Below, one piece after another: positions 30,301-40,739 of a stretch of DNA of 64,000 nucleotides. Source of the stretch: Eledone cirrhosa (Eukaryota); assembly GCA_964016885.1 (NCBI GenBank), contig OZ024752.1, positions 21,700,001 through 21,764,000 on the forward strand, read 5' to 3'. Within the stretch, counting starts at the first letter, position 1; the number at the start of each line of letters is the position of its first letter. The position numbers and the translations under genes are program-made. The notes under the pieces are model-generated. The model did no database searches. It saw only the letters and a list, made by a program, of their open reading frames with translations, and was not told where the DNA came from.

Positions 30301-33300
30301 TATTATGACATTACTGATGTTTACCTTTGGTTGGGTGGTATATCTCAGCTGCATATTATGACATTACTGATGTTTACCTCTGGCTGGCTGGTATATCTCA
30401 GCTGCATCTCAAGACGTTACTGATGTTTACCTCTGGCTGGGTGGTATATCTCAGCTGCACCTCATGATATTACTGATGTTTACCTCTGGTTGGGTGGTAT
30501 ATCTCAGCTGCACCTTATGACATTACTGATGTTTACCTCTGACTGGGTGGTGTATCTCAGCTGCACCTTATGACATTACTGATGTTTACCTCTGGTTGGG
30601 TGGTATATCTCAGCTGCACCTTATGACATTACTGATGTTTACCTCTGACTGGGTGGTATATCGCAGCTGCACCTCATGACATTACTGATGTTTACCTTTG
30701 GTTGGGTGGTATATCTCAGCTGCACCTTATGACATTACTGATGTTTACCTCTGGCTGGGTGGTATATCTCAGCTGCACCTTATGACATTACTGATGTTTA
30801 CCTCTGGCTGGGTGGTATATCTCAGCTGAACCTTATGACATTACTGATGTTTACCTCTGGTTGGGTGGTATATCTCAGCTGCACCTTATGACATTACTGA
30901 TGTTTACCTTTGGTTGGGTGGTATATCTCAGCTGCACCTTATGACATTACTGATGTTTACCTCTGGCTGGGTGGTATATCTCAGCTGCACCTTATGACAT
31001 TACTGATATTTACCTCTGGTTGGGTGGTATATCTCAGCTGCACCTTATGACATTACTGATGTTTACCTCTGGCTGGTTGGGATATCTCAGCTGCACCTCA
31101 TGACATTACTGATGTTTACCTCTGACTGGGTGGTATATCTCAGCTGCACCTTATGACATTACTGAAGTTTACCTTTGGTTGGGTGGTATATCTAAGCTGC
31201 ACCTTATGACATTACTGATGTTTACCTCTGGCTGGGTGGTATATCTCAGCTGCACCTCATGACGTTACTGATGTTTACCTCTGGCTGGGTGGTATATCTC
31301 AGCTGCACCTTATGACATTACTGATGTTTACCTTTGGTTGGGTGGTATATCTCAGCTGCATATTATGACATTACTGATGTTTACCTTTGGTTGGGTGGTA
31401 TATCTCAGCTGCATATTATGACATTACTGATGTTTACCTCTGGCTGGCTGGTATATCTCAGCTGCATCTCAAGACGTTACTGATGTTTACCTCTGGCTGG
31501 GTGGTATATCTCAGCTGCACCTCATGATATTACTGATGTTTACCTCTGGTTGGGTGGTATATCTCAGCTGCACCTTATGACATTACTGATGTTTACCTCT
31601 GACTGGGTGGTGTATCTCAGCTGCACCTTATGACATTACTGATGTTTACCTCTGGTTGGGTGGTATATCTCAGCTGCACCTTATGACATTACTGATGTTT
31701 ACCTCTGACTGGGTGGTATATCGCAGCTGCACCTCATGACATTACTGATGTTTACCTTTGGTTGGGTGGTATATCTCAGCTGCACCTTATGACATTACTG
31801 ATGTTTACCTCTGGCTGGGTGGTATATCTCAGCTGCACCTTATGACATTACTGATGTTTACCTCTGACTGGGTGGTATATCTCAGCTGCACCTCATGACA
31901 TTACTGATGTTTACCTCTGGCTGGGTGGTATATCTCAGCTGCACCTTATGACATTACTGATGTTACCTCTGGTTGGGTGGTATATCTCAGCTGCATCTTA
32001 TGACAATACTGATGTTTACCTCTGGTTGGGTGGTATATCTCAGCTGCACCTTATGACAATACTGATGTTTACCTCTGGTTGGGTGGTATATCTCAGCTGC
32101 ACCTTATGACATTACTGATGTTTACCTCTGGCTGGGTGGTATATCTCAGCTGCACCTTATGACATTACTTATGTTTACCTTTGGTTGGGTGGTATATCTC
32201 AGCTGCACCTTATGACATTACTGATGTTTACCTTTGGTTGGGTGGTATATCTCAGCTGGACCTTATGACATTTCTGATGTTTACCTCTGTTTGGGTGGTA
32301 TATCTCAGCTGCACCTTATTACATTACTGATCTTTACCCCTGGTTGGGTGGTATATCTCAGCTGCACCTTATGACATTACTGATGTTTACCTCTGGCTAG
32401 GTGGTATATCTCAGCTGCACCTTATGACATTACTGATGTTTACCTCTGGCTGGGTGGTACATCTCAGCTGCACCTCATTACATTACAGATGTTTACCTCT
32501 GGCTGGGTGGTATATCTCAGCTGCACCTTATGACATTACTGATGTTTACCTCTGGCTGGGTGGTATATCTCAGCTGCACCTCATGACATTACTGACGTTT
32601 ACCTTTGGTTGGGTGGTATATCTCAGCTGCACCTTATGACATTACTGATGTTTACCTCTGGCTGGGTGGTATATCTCAACTGCACCTTATGACATTACTG
32701 ATGTTTACCTTTGGTTGGGTGGTATATCTCAGCTGCACCTTATGACATTACTGATGTTTACCTCTGGTTGGGTGGTATATCTCAGCTGCACCTTATGACA
32801 TTACTGATGTTTACCTCTGGCTGGGTGGTATATCTCAACTGCACCTTATGACATTACTGATGTTTACCTTTGGTTGGGTGGTATATCTCAGCTGCACCTT
32901 ATGACATTACTGATGTTTACCTCTGGTTGGGTGGTATATCTCAGCTGCACCTTGTGACATTACTGATGTTTAGCTTTGGTTGGGTGGTATATCTAAGCTG
33001 CACCTTATGACATTACTGATGTTTACCTCTGACTGGGTGGTATATCTCAGCTGCACCTTATGACATTACTGAAGTTTACCTTTGGTTGGGTGGTATATCT
33101 AAGCTGCACCTTATGACATTACTGATGTTTACCTCTGGCTGGGTGGTATATCTCAGCTGCACCTCATGACGTTACTGATGTTTACCTCTGGCTGGGTGGT
33201 ATATCTCAGCTGCACCTTATGACATTACTGATGTTTACCTTTGGTTGGGTGGTATATCTCAGCTGCATATTATGACATTACTGATGTTTACCTTTGGTTG

Positions 33301-34131
33301 GGTGGTATATCTCAGCTGCATATTATGACATTACTGATGTTTACCTCTGGCTGGCTGGTATATCTCAGCTGCATCTCAAGACGTTACTGATGTTTACCTC
33401 TGGCTGGGTGGTATATCTCAGCTGCACCTCATGATATTACTGATGTTTACCTCTGGTTGGGTGGTATATCTCAGCTGCACCTTATGACATTACTGATGTT
33501 TACCTCTGACTGGGTGGTGTATCTCAGCTGCACCTTATGACATTACTGATGTTTACCTCTGGTTGGGTGGTATATCTCAGCTGCACCTTATGACATTACT
33601 GATGTTTACCTCTGACTGGGTGGTATATCGCAGCTGCACCTCATGACATTACTGATGTTTACCTTTGGTTGGGTGGTATATCTCAGCTGCACCTTATGAC
33701 ATTACTGATGTTTACCTCTGGCTGGGTGGTATATCTCAGCTGCACCTTATGACATTACTGATGTTTACCTCTGGCTGGGTGGTATATCTCAGCTGAACCT
33801 TATGACATTACTGATGTTTACCTCTGGTTGGGTGGTATATCTCAGCTGCACCTTATGACATTACTGATGTTTACCTTTGGTTGGGTGGTATATCTCAGCT
33901 GCACCTTATGACATTACTGATGTTTACCTCTGGCTGGGTGGTATATCTCAGCTGCACCTTATGACATTACTGATATTTACCTCTGGTTGGGTGGTATATC
34001 TCAGCTGCACCTTATGACATTACTGATGTTTACCTCTGGCTGGTTGGGATATCTCAGCTGCACCTCATGACATTACTGATGTTTACCTCTGGCTGGGTGC
34101 TATATCTCAGCTGCACCTCATGACTATACTG
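12368..34131. repeat. 53-bp tandem satellite, about 410 copies, consensus TGTTTACCTCTGG(C/T)TGGGTGGTATATCTCAGCTGCACCTTATGACATTACTGA, with higher-order repeats
   Basis: Head-to-tail monomers with no spacers; 21.76 kb / 53 is about 410; occasional 52-bp variants (GATGTTACC). Offsets between matching variant blocks in the ORF track are 3124, 3706, 2330, 2118, 1907 and 2967 bp, all close to multiples of 53. Confidence 0.98.
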
Positions 34132-34158
34132 AAGGCCACATACCCTCAGCCATTCAAC
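34087..34158 (-). pseudogene. Candidate 72-nt coding exon (VEWLRVCGLQYSHEVQLRYSTQPE), phase 0-0; its 3' part is the terminal satellite monomer
   Basis: Minus strand reads ttttggtaaAG|GTTGAATGG...CAGCCAGAG|GTAAAC; open frame, phase-compatible with the upstream exon 34592-34708. The acceptor is weak and overlaps a MITE end. Protein not recognised. Confidence 0.5.
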
Positions 34159-34557
34159 CTTTACCAAAATTACTCTATATATACTACTGTATTTTTGTTG
34201 TAAAGGTTTTACCTCCCATAATTATCTCACACATATCGAATCTATGAGATTTTGATATTATTTATTTTAAGAACAATACCTTAACATAAGTATGAGCGGC
34301 TGTTTGCCACCAGTTTAAACAGAAAGAGGTGAGAGAATTCTGGCCGGATATGGCCGGTGTAACCCTTTCGCATTTGCATTACTCTATATTACCATTATAT
34401 GTTCACGAATATAAAGGCTCGATCTTACATAATTATCTCACATGATATCAAATCTATGAGATTTTGATATTTATTTTGAGAACAATACCTTAACATAAGT
34501 ATGAATGGCTGTTTATAGTCAGTTTGAACACAAAGAGGTGAGAGAATTCTGGCCAGA
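34155..34557. mobile_element. Two tandem, degenerate copies (~200 bp each) of the piggyBac-type MITE seen intact at 53345-53565, in the opposite orientation
   Basis: Shared blocks AATTATCTCAC...ATCTATGAGATTTTGAT...GAACAATACCTTAA...AAAGAGGTGAGAGAATTCTGGCC occur at ~34155-34360 and ~34360-34557 and match the reverse complement of the 53.4 kb copy; TIR remnant TAACCCTTTCGCATTTGC at ~34360. Confidence 0.85.
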
Positions 34558-34591
34558 TACTAGAGTTCAACTATATAGGGACTCTTTTTAC

Positions 34592-34708
34592 TTGTAAGAT
34601 ACATTCCTCCCAATTTTTCAGTCCAGGCAACACTGAAGGGCTTGACAGTGACATGGAAACAAAGTATTTGGTCAAGTCCAGATGTTTGGGTATCTTCCAG
34701 ATTTGTGG
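34592..34708 (-). pseudogene. Candidate 117-nt coding exon (PQIWKIPKHLDLTKYFVSMSLSSPSVLPGLKNWEECILQ), phase 0-0
   Basis: Good acceptor cttttgacttcAG, donor CAA|GTAAAA, 39 open codons of normal complexity in a unique island between repeats. No family recognised. Confidence 0.6.
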
Positions 34709-34724
34709 CTGAAGTCAAAAGATA

Positions 34725-35445
34725 TGGTGGTGGTGGTGGTTGGTAGTGGTGGTGGTGGTGTTGGTTGTGGTGGTGTTTGTGATGGTGTTGGTGGTAGTGG
34801 TGTTGGTTGTGGAGGTGCTGGTGGTGGTGGTGTTGGTTGTGGTGGTGTTTGTGATGGTGTTGGTGGTAGTGCTATTGGTTGTGGAGGTGCTGGTGGTTGT
34901 GGTGTTGGTTGTGGTGTTTGTGATGGTGTTGGTGGTAGTGGTGTTGGTTGTGGAGGTGCTGGTGGTGGTGGTGTTGGTTGTGGTGGTGTTTGTGATGGTG
35001 TTGGTGGTAGTGGTGTTGGTTGTGGAGGTGCTGGTGGTGGTGGTGTTGGTTGAGGTGGTGTTTGTGATGGTGTTGGTGGTAGTGGTGTTGGTTGTGGAGG
35101 TGCTGGTGGTGGTGGTGTTGGTTGTGGTGTTTGTGGTGGTGGTGGTTGTGGTTGTGGTGGTTGTGGTGGTGGTTGTGGCGCTGGTGATGGTTGCGGTGAT
35201 GGTAGTTGTGGTGATGGTAGGTGTGGTGGTGGTGGTTGTGGTGGTGGTGGTTGTGGTGATGGTAGTGGGAGTGGAGCTGATGGTGGCATTATGGTTGGTT
35301 GTGGTAATGGTGGTGACAAAGATAATGATGACGGTGATGGTGAGGCTGATGGAAATGACGATGATGGTGAAAGCAATTGTGATGATGTTGAAGAAGAAGA
35401 AGAAGAAGAAGAAGATAGTATTCATGATGATGATGATGTTGCAGT
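34725..35445. repeat. (GGT)n-rich low-complexity tract containing a 72-bp minisatellite (~5.5 copies, ~34745-35130), ending in (GAA)n and (GAT)n
   Basis: GTTTGTGATGG recurs with 72/69/72/72-bp spacing; the track shows a 24-aa PPPPAPPQPTPLPPTPSQTPPQPT periodicity. Confidence 0.9.
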
Positions 35446-35461
35446 AAATACAGTAAATTAA

Positions 35462-35556
35462 CTGCGACATCTCATTTCTATTTCTAGCTGAAAACCATTT
35501 CACTTTGTGAATCTTTCATTCTCTTTCTTCAGTTCTGTATATCTGGGCTTTCATGT
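35462..35556 (-). pseudogene. Candidate 95-nt exon with in-frame TGA and a non-canonical donor (xMKAQIYRTEERE*KIHKVKWFSARNRNEMSQ)
   Basis: Acceptor aatttcttAG; TGA at 35516-35518; ends CAG|TTAATT where GTAATT would be a phase-0 donor matching the next exon. Confidence 0.4.
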
Positions 35557-35569
35557 CTAAGAAATTATT

Positions 35570-36685
35570 ACCACCACCACCACCACCACTACCACTACCA
35601 CTGCCTCTGTCACCACAACCATCACTACCACCACAACCACCACTGCCACCACTACCACAACCACCACCACCACCACAACCATCACCACAACCATCGCCAC
35701 CACCACCACCACCACTACTATCACCACAACAATCACCACCATCACCACCACCACCACCATCACTACCACCACCACCACCACCACCACCACAACCACCACC
35801 GCAACCATCGCCACCGCCACCACCACTACTACCACCACAAGAATCACCACCCTCACCACAACCACCGCCACCACCACCACTACCACTACCACCACCACCA
35901 CCACCACCACCACTACCACCACCACAACCATCACCACAACCATCACTACTACCACCACCACTACCACCACTACAACCATCACCAACACCTCCATCACCAC
36001 AACCATCACTACTACCACCACCACTACCACCACCGCAACCATTGCCACCACCACCACCACTACCACCACAACAATCACCACCATCACCATAACCATCACC
36101 ACCACCACCACCACCACCACTAACACCACCACCACCACCACCATCACCACCACCATCACCACCACCACCACCACCACCATCACCATCACCACCACCACTA
36201 CCACCACTACTACCACCACAACAATCACCACCATCACCACCACCATCACCACCACCACCACCACCATCACCGCCACCACCACCACTAACACCACCACCAC
36301 CGCCACCACTAACACCACCACAACCACCACCACCATCACCACCACCACCACCACCACCACCACTAACACCACCACTAACACCACCACCACCACCACTACC
36401 ATCACCACCACCACCACCACCACCACCACCACCACTAATACCACCACCACTAACACCACCACTAACACCACCATCAGCACCACCACCACCACCACCACCA
36501 CTAACACCACCACTAACACCACCACCACTAACACCACCATCATCACCACCACCACTAACACCACCATCATCACCACCACCATCACCACCACCACCACCAC
36601 CACCACTAACACCACCACCACCACCACCACCACCACCACCACCACTAACACCACCGCCACCACTAACACCACCATCATCACCATA
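35570..36685. repeat. (ACC)n-rich degenerate trinucleotide tract
   Basis: CCA/CTA/TCA/ACA triplets throughout; source of the poly-P, poly-G and poly-V ORFs. Confidence 0.95.
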
Positions 36686-36729
36686 GCAATTATTCCCTAC
36701 TTTTCCACAGTTCACCCTTATTGATAGTT

Positions 36730-37015
36730 AGATGATGATGATAATGGCGGTGGTGGTGGTGGTGGTGATAATTGTAGTGATGAGGATGATGATGGTGATG
36801 ATGATGATAATTGCAGTGATGGTGGTGATTGTGATGGAGGTGATAATGATGATGGTGGTGGTGGTGATGGGGGGGGGGGGGAGATTATATGATGATAATT
36901 TGGTGATCACAACAATGATGATGATAGTTATCATCACAACAACGACAACAACAACAATGATACCCAATATAACAACAATGATAAAGATGCTGACAATGAT
37001 GATGATGAAACTGAA
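36730..37015. repeat. Mixed (GAT)/(GGT)/(AAC) low-complexity tract with a G13 run at 36869-36881
   Basis: Directly visible. Confidence 0.9.
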
Positions 37016-37029
37016 GACAACCTACATGT

Positions 37030-37810
37030 ATTTAGCTTGTACAAAGTTTTATCTTATAACTGTATACAGCTATGGTACGACCACACTTGGAATTTGCATC
37101 ATCAGTCTGGAACCCCTATCTTGCTCAGAACATTGACCTCCTGGAAACTGTTCAGAGACGTGCAACCAAGCGCATACCCTCCATCAGACACCTACCATAC
37201 TCTGAACGCCTTGCTTCCCTGGGCATGGATTCATTGAAGCTCCGACGTCTGGCAATGGACTTGGTGAATACCCACAAAGTTTTTAACCATCTCGCCAATT
37301 GTAACCCTGAGCACCTTTTTGATCTCCATGTGTCTAACACACGTGGACATGCCTACAAGATCAGAAAACAGCACAGCTCCCATGACTTTCGTAGACATTT
37401 TAATCACGCTCAGAGTTGCTGAAGCATGGAACAAACTGCCTGCGTCAGTTGTTAGCTGCCGAGACACTGCATCCTTTAAGACACTCATGCTTCCCGAAAT
37501 ACGCCAAAACTACACCTGATGTACCCCTTCCATACACATGCACACATGTGTGTATCATGACTCGTGCACTGTTCATTTTATTGATGTTTGTGCATTGCCC
37601 TATGTACTGTACATGTGACTTTTTTGATGAGTTGTGGTGCACCTGGGCACTGTACACAATATTTCATTATTGTTATTATTATTATATCATGACTCATACA
37701 CTGTTCATTTTCCTGACATTTGTACATTATTCTATGTACTATACATGCACCTTTGATGAGTTGTAGTGCACCTGAGCACTGTACACAATAATTTCATTAT
37801 TATTATTATA
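37030..37810 (+). mobile_element. 5'-truncated CR1/L2-group LINE: C-terminus of ORF2 (frameshifted) plus 3' UTR whose last ~125 bp is tandemly duplicated, (TTA)n tail
   Basis: Motifs VRPHLEFASSVWNPY, LETVQRRATK, YSERL..L, RRL..DL, TRGH, then after a frameshift RV..AWNKLP..VV...SFK; stop at 37517-37519; UTR end repeated at ~37553-37685 and ~37686-37810. Confidence 0.88.
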
Positions 37811-38221
37811 ACTGAGTTTTTTCCCAAAATCTTTTAGAAAAAGAAAAAAATAACTGAAAATTCCTTCACTTCATTTTTTTCTTCTCACACAAAATATTTC
37901 TATTTTGTGTTGCAACTTTATAAAAATGTGTAACACTGTTTTATTGATTAAAAAAAAAATCTTCTAGCTTGGTGTTGACACTGTAAACTTCTTGCTAAAT
38001 ATTGAAAGTTATTGTGATAAATGGTAAAATTTGCTGTCAATAAGGCCACTTAATATGGATTTGCTGTTAATGGCAAAATATCAAGTAAATATGGCATATG
38101 ATGCACTACTGTAGCTCATAATGCGTACATTCTATAATTCAATATACAATAGATGTGTAACTTTCAAACAATATTGCAGCTTTGTATAAGTCAGTATTAT
38201 TATTATTATTATTTCATTTAT

Positions 38222-38412
38222 ATGGTGGATTGGCAGTATTAGTAAAGGGTCGGACGCCATGCTTTGCAGCAAAAAGTTATGGCCCTTTATGATCTGAGTT
38301 CAAATCCAGCCGAGGTTAACTTTGTCTTTCATCCTTACGGGGTCGATAAAATAAAGTACCAGTAATGTACTGGGTAATTGCTGGCCTTGTGCCAAAAGTA
38401 GAAACAATTATT
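38222..38412 (+). mobile_element. tRNA-derived SINE with Nin/Deu-type central domain
   Basis: A-box-like TGGCAGTATTAG, B-box GAGTTCAAATCC, core CTTTCATCCTTACGGGGTCGATAAAATAAAGTACCAG, (ATT)n tail; three more copies in the window. Confidence 0.85.
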
Positions 38413-38444
38413 TTTATAGCCATTTTGTGTTTAGATTCAAACGT

Positions 38445-40130
38445 TCAACTTTCATCCAACTCCTTCTCACTCTTCCCAAAGAGTTTAAGATTGTCCATGA
38501 AGAGGAGGTGGTTGATGGTAAGCTCTCCTTTTCCCAACTTGTATCCTGCCCTCACTTTTCGCAATATAACGGTCGGAGGTATCAGGGCAAGGACAAACAG
38601 CAAAGGGGACAAACTATCTCCCTGGAAGATACCTCTCTTGATCTTCACGCCTCCCAAGGATTCTCCACCCGATGTTAACTCTGTTTCCCAGGACTTCATA
38701 CTTTTGCTCAACAACTGTCTGATGTTATCTGCCACCTTGAAGATCTCCAGGCTTTTGGTGATCCAAGAATGAGGCACCATGTCAAATGCCTTTCTGTAGT
38801 CTATCCATCCCATGGCAAGACCAGTGTGTCTCCTCTTATCAATAAGTAACTGGCCTTTTGAACCACGGGACTTCTTTCGGCATCCTTTCTGTTTGTCCGG
38901 TAACAAGTTGTTTATGTGGAGGTGATGGTAGATTTCCTCAGACACAATGCTTGTTAACAGTTTCCTCATTACGGACAGACATGTGATAGGCCTATAGTTG
39001 GTAACATCATTACCCTTGATTTGGTCTTTCATTACCAGAATTGTGGTACCTTTTGTCAACCACTCTGGTACCTCACCAGGCATCAAGCAGTCATTGAACA
39101 TGGTTGTCAGTTTCGGGTGGAGGGATGTTATATTTTTAATCCAATACCCTGCACACCATCTGGACCTGGCGATTTCCAGTTGGTTAGTTTTTTGGCCTGC
39201 TCTTTAAGAGTTTCAACTGTGATACTCAAATCAGGTTGTTGGTGTGCTTGTTCACTTATCTCCTTTTGAACTGTCTCAATCCACACTGCCTAACTATTAT
39301 GTTCAGCATCCTGCTCCCATATTCCTCTCCAGAATGTCTTAGTCTGTTCCGCCTCAGGGATCAAGTTATTGCCTCTTTCTTTCCCTTCAAGCTGTCCAAA
39401 AAACATCTTCTGGCTGTTGTCAAACATGCGGTTCTGTCTATACTGACTGACTCTGTTCTCATACCACCTAATCTTTGCACTTTTTGCTACAATGCATTGC
39501 TTCAGTTCCTCTATGATAATATTTAGCTTTTTCCCCATAGTTTTGTACTTTATTTCCAATCTATCTTTAGTGTCTATGTTTTGTAATGTCCCATTCTGTC
39601 AGGACTGAAGCTTTCCAATGTCTTTGCTCATTTCCTTGATTTGACCATTCAGTCGTTTCTTCCACCAAGGTTCTGATCTTTCTTGTTTGTTGTTTCCTCT
39701 CGTTTTTATGCCAAGTAATTTCCTCACCGCATTTGCTGTTGCTTTGATGATATTGTTGCATTGGTGAAGGTTCCTTGCCTCAAGGTATGGGATGACTTTG
39801 ATTACCTTAGCTGTTGTTTCTTTGAACTTTTTCCTGTCTACAAATCTTAGGTTCATAGGTTTTCCACTATCATTGTTCATTTCATCTACCACTAAGTTCA
39901 GGATATCAACCAAATCTTGTCCTAGCCCGTCAGCATCCATTTCCTCAATGGCCGTATCTTTGTTCCAGATGTTATTTATTTCAGCATTCAGATCATTGTC
40001 TGCTTCGGATGGTTCCTCCGTTCTCTCAACCTCTTCACCTTCATTTCCCACTGGCTCGTTTGCCTGGCATACTCCACTCTCCATTTCCAACTTAAACTCT
40101 CTGCTCAGTTCCTCCAGCTGTATTATTTGA
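38445..40130 (-). mobile_element. Decayed R4/Dong-type non-LTR retrotransposon, N-terminal half up to the RT catalytic motif
   Basis: PWWKKRL, NYRPITCL, QKGCRK.SRG.K.QLLID, WIDYRKAFDMVPH, GIFQGDSLSPLLF, INHLLFMDNLKL; several stops and frameshifts. Confidence 0.92.
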
Positions 40131-40294
40131 CATCGTTTAAACTAAACATTTTGAGAGAGTTTAGAGATACAACAATAATTATTATGGTGTTGTTGTTAGC
40201 TGTTTGACCGGGTCACTAAATCAGTCTATTTATATCTTTTGGTGACTTCCTCGTTTCTAGTCATGTGTAGTGGCACTACTACCTTCACTTTCTT

Positions 40295-40462
40295 AACAGG
40301 GGGTAGTGAGGGAATAGTGGTGGTAGCGATGATGCAGTGGTGACGGTGGTAATGGGATAGTAGTACTGTAGTGATGGTGTTGTTGCTGCTGTTGGTTTGT
40401 ATCTAGCTAAATTTTTTGTGGTAGTGGTGGTTGTGGCGGCGGCGGTGGTGGTGTTGGTGGTA
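40295..40462. repeat. (GGT)/(GTA)-rich low-complexity tract
   Basis: Directly visible. Confidence 0.75.
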
Positions 40463-40739
40463 AAATTATTTGGCTGTTGTTTTCTTCCATTTGTGACATT
40501 TGTAACCATTTCTCTTTTGACTTTTTTTACTATAAAATTTCTGATACAAAATTAAATATTAAATATTGGAGCCCTATGCCATAGTGTTATGCGTTGTCAC
40601 TTCCTGAGAGTTAAGACTGATATCTTATGTCCCATTTGTAATAAGAATTATTCTATCACAATTGTTCTAAATATGTAAAAAATCAAAAACTTATGGGAGC
40701 GATTCCATAACACTCTATCCACCATGTGCATATTATTAT

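Noticed and set aside
12368-34131. CRISPR array or tandem small membrane-protein genes (71-aa MTLLMFTSGWVVYLSC ORFs)
   Set aside because: Monomers are contiguous with no unique spacers and no cas genes are present. The ORFs arise because a 53-bp unit cycles through three frames and sporadic TGA-to-TTA or TGA-to-AGA variants remove stops.
12368-34131. Functional transcription-factor site array (E-box CAGCTG and TGACA in each monomer)
   Set aside because: Short motifs are expected by chance in any 53-mer and are multiplied passively; nothing in the sequence shows selection on them.
34672-36715. Pro-rich extensin/formin-like and Gly-rich ORFs
   Set aside because: Overlapping ORFs in several frames on both strands of (GGT)n/(ACC)n tracts; no non-repetitive domain.
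38222-38412. tRNA gene (A/B-box-like motifs)
   Set aside because: No cloverleaf; the boxes are followed by a SINE core and (ATT)n tail, and four diverged copies occur in the window.
40210-40545. Further minus-strand exon candidates (KVKVVVPLHMTRNEEVTKRYK*; acceptor ttttgtatcAG at ~40541)
   Set aside because: Frame is ambiguous, there is a stop, and no convincing donor; insufficient support without homology.
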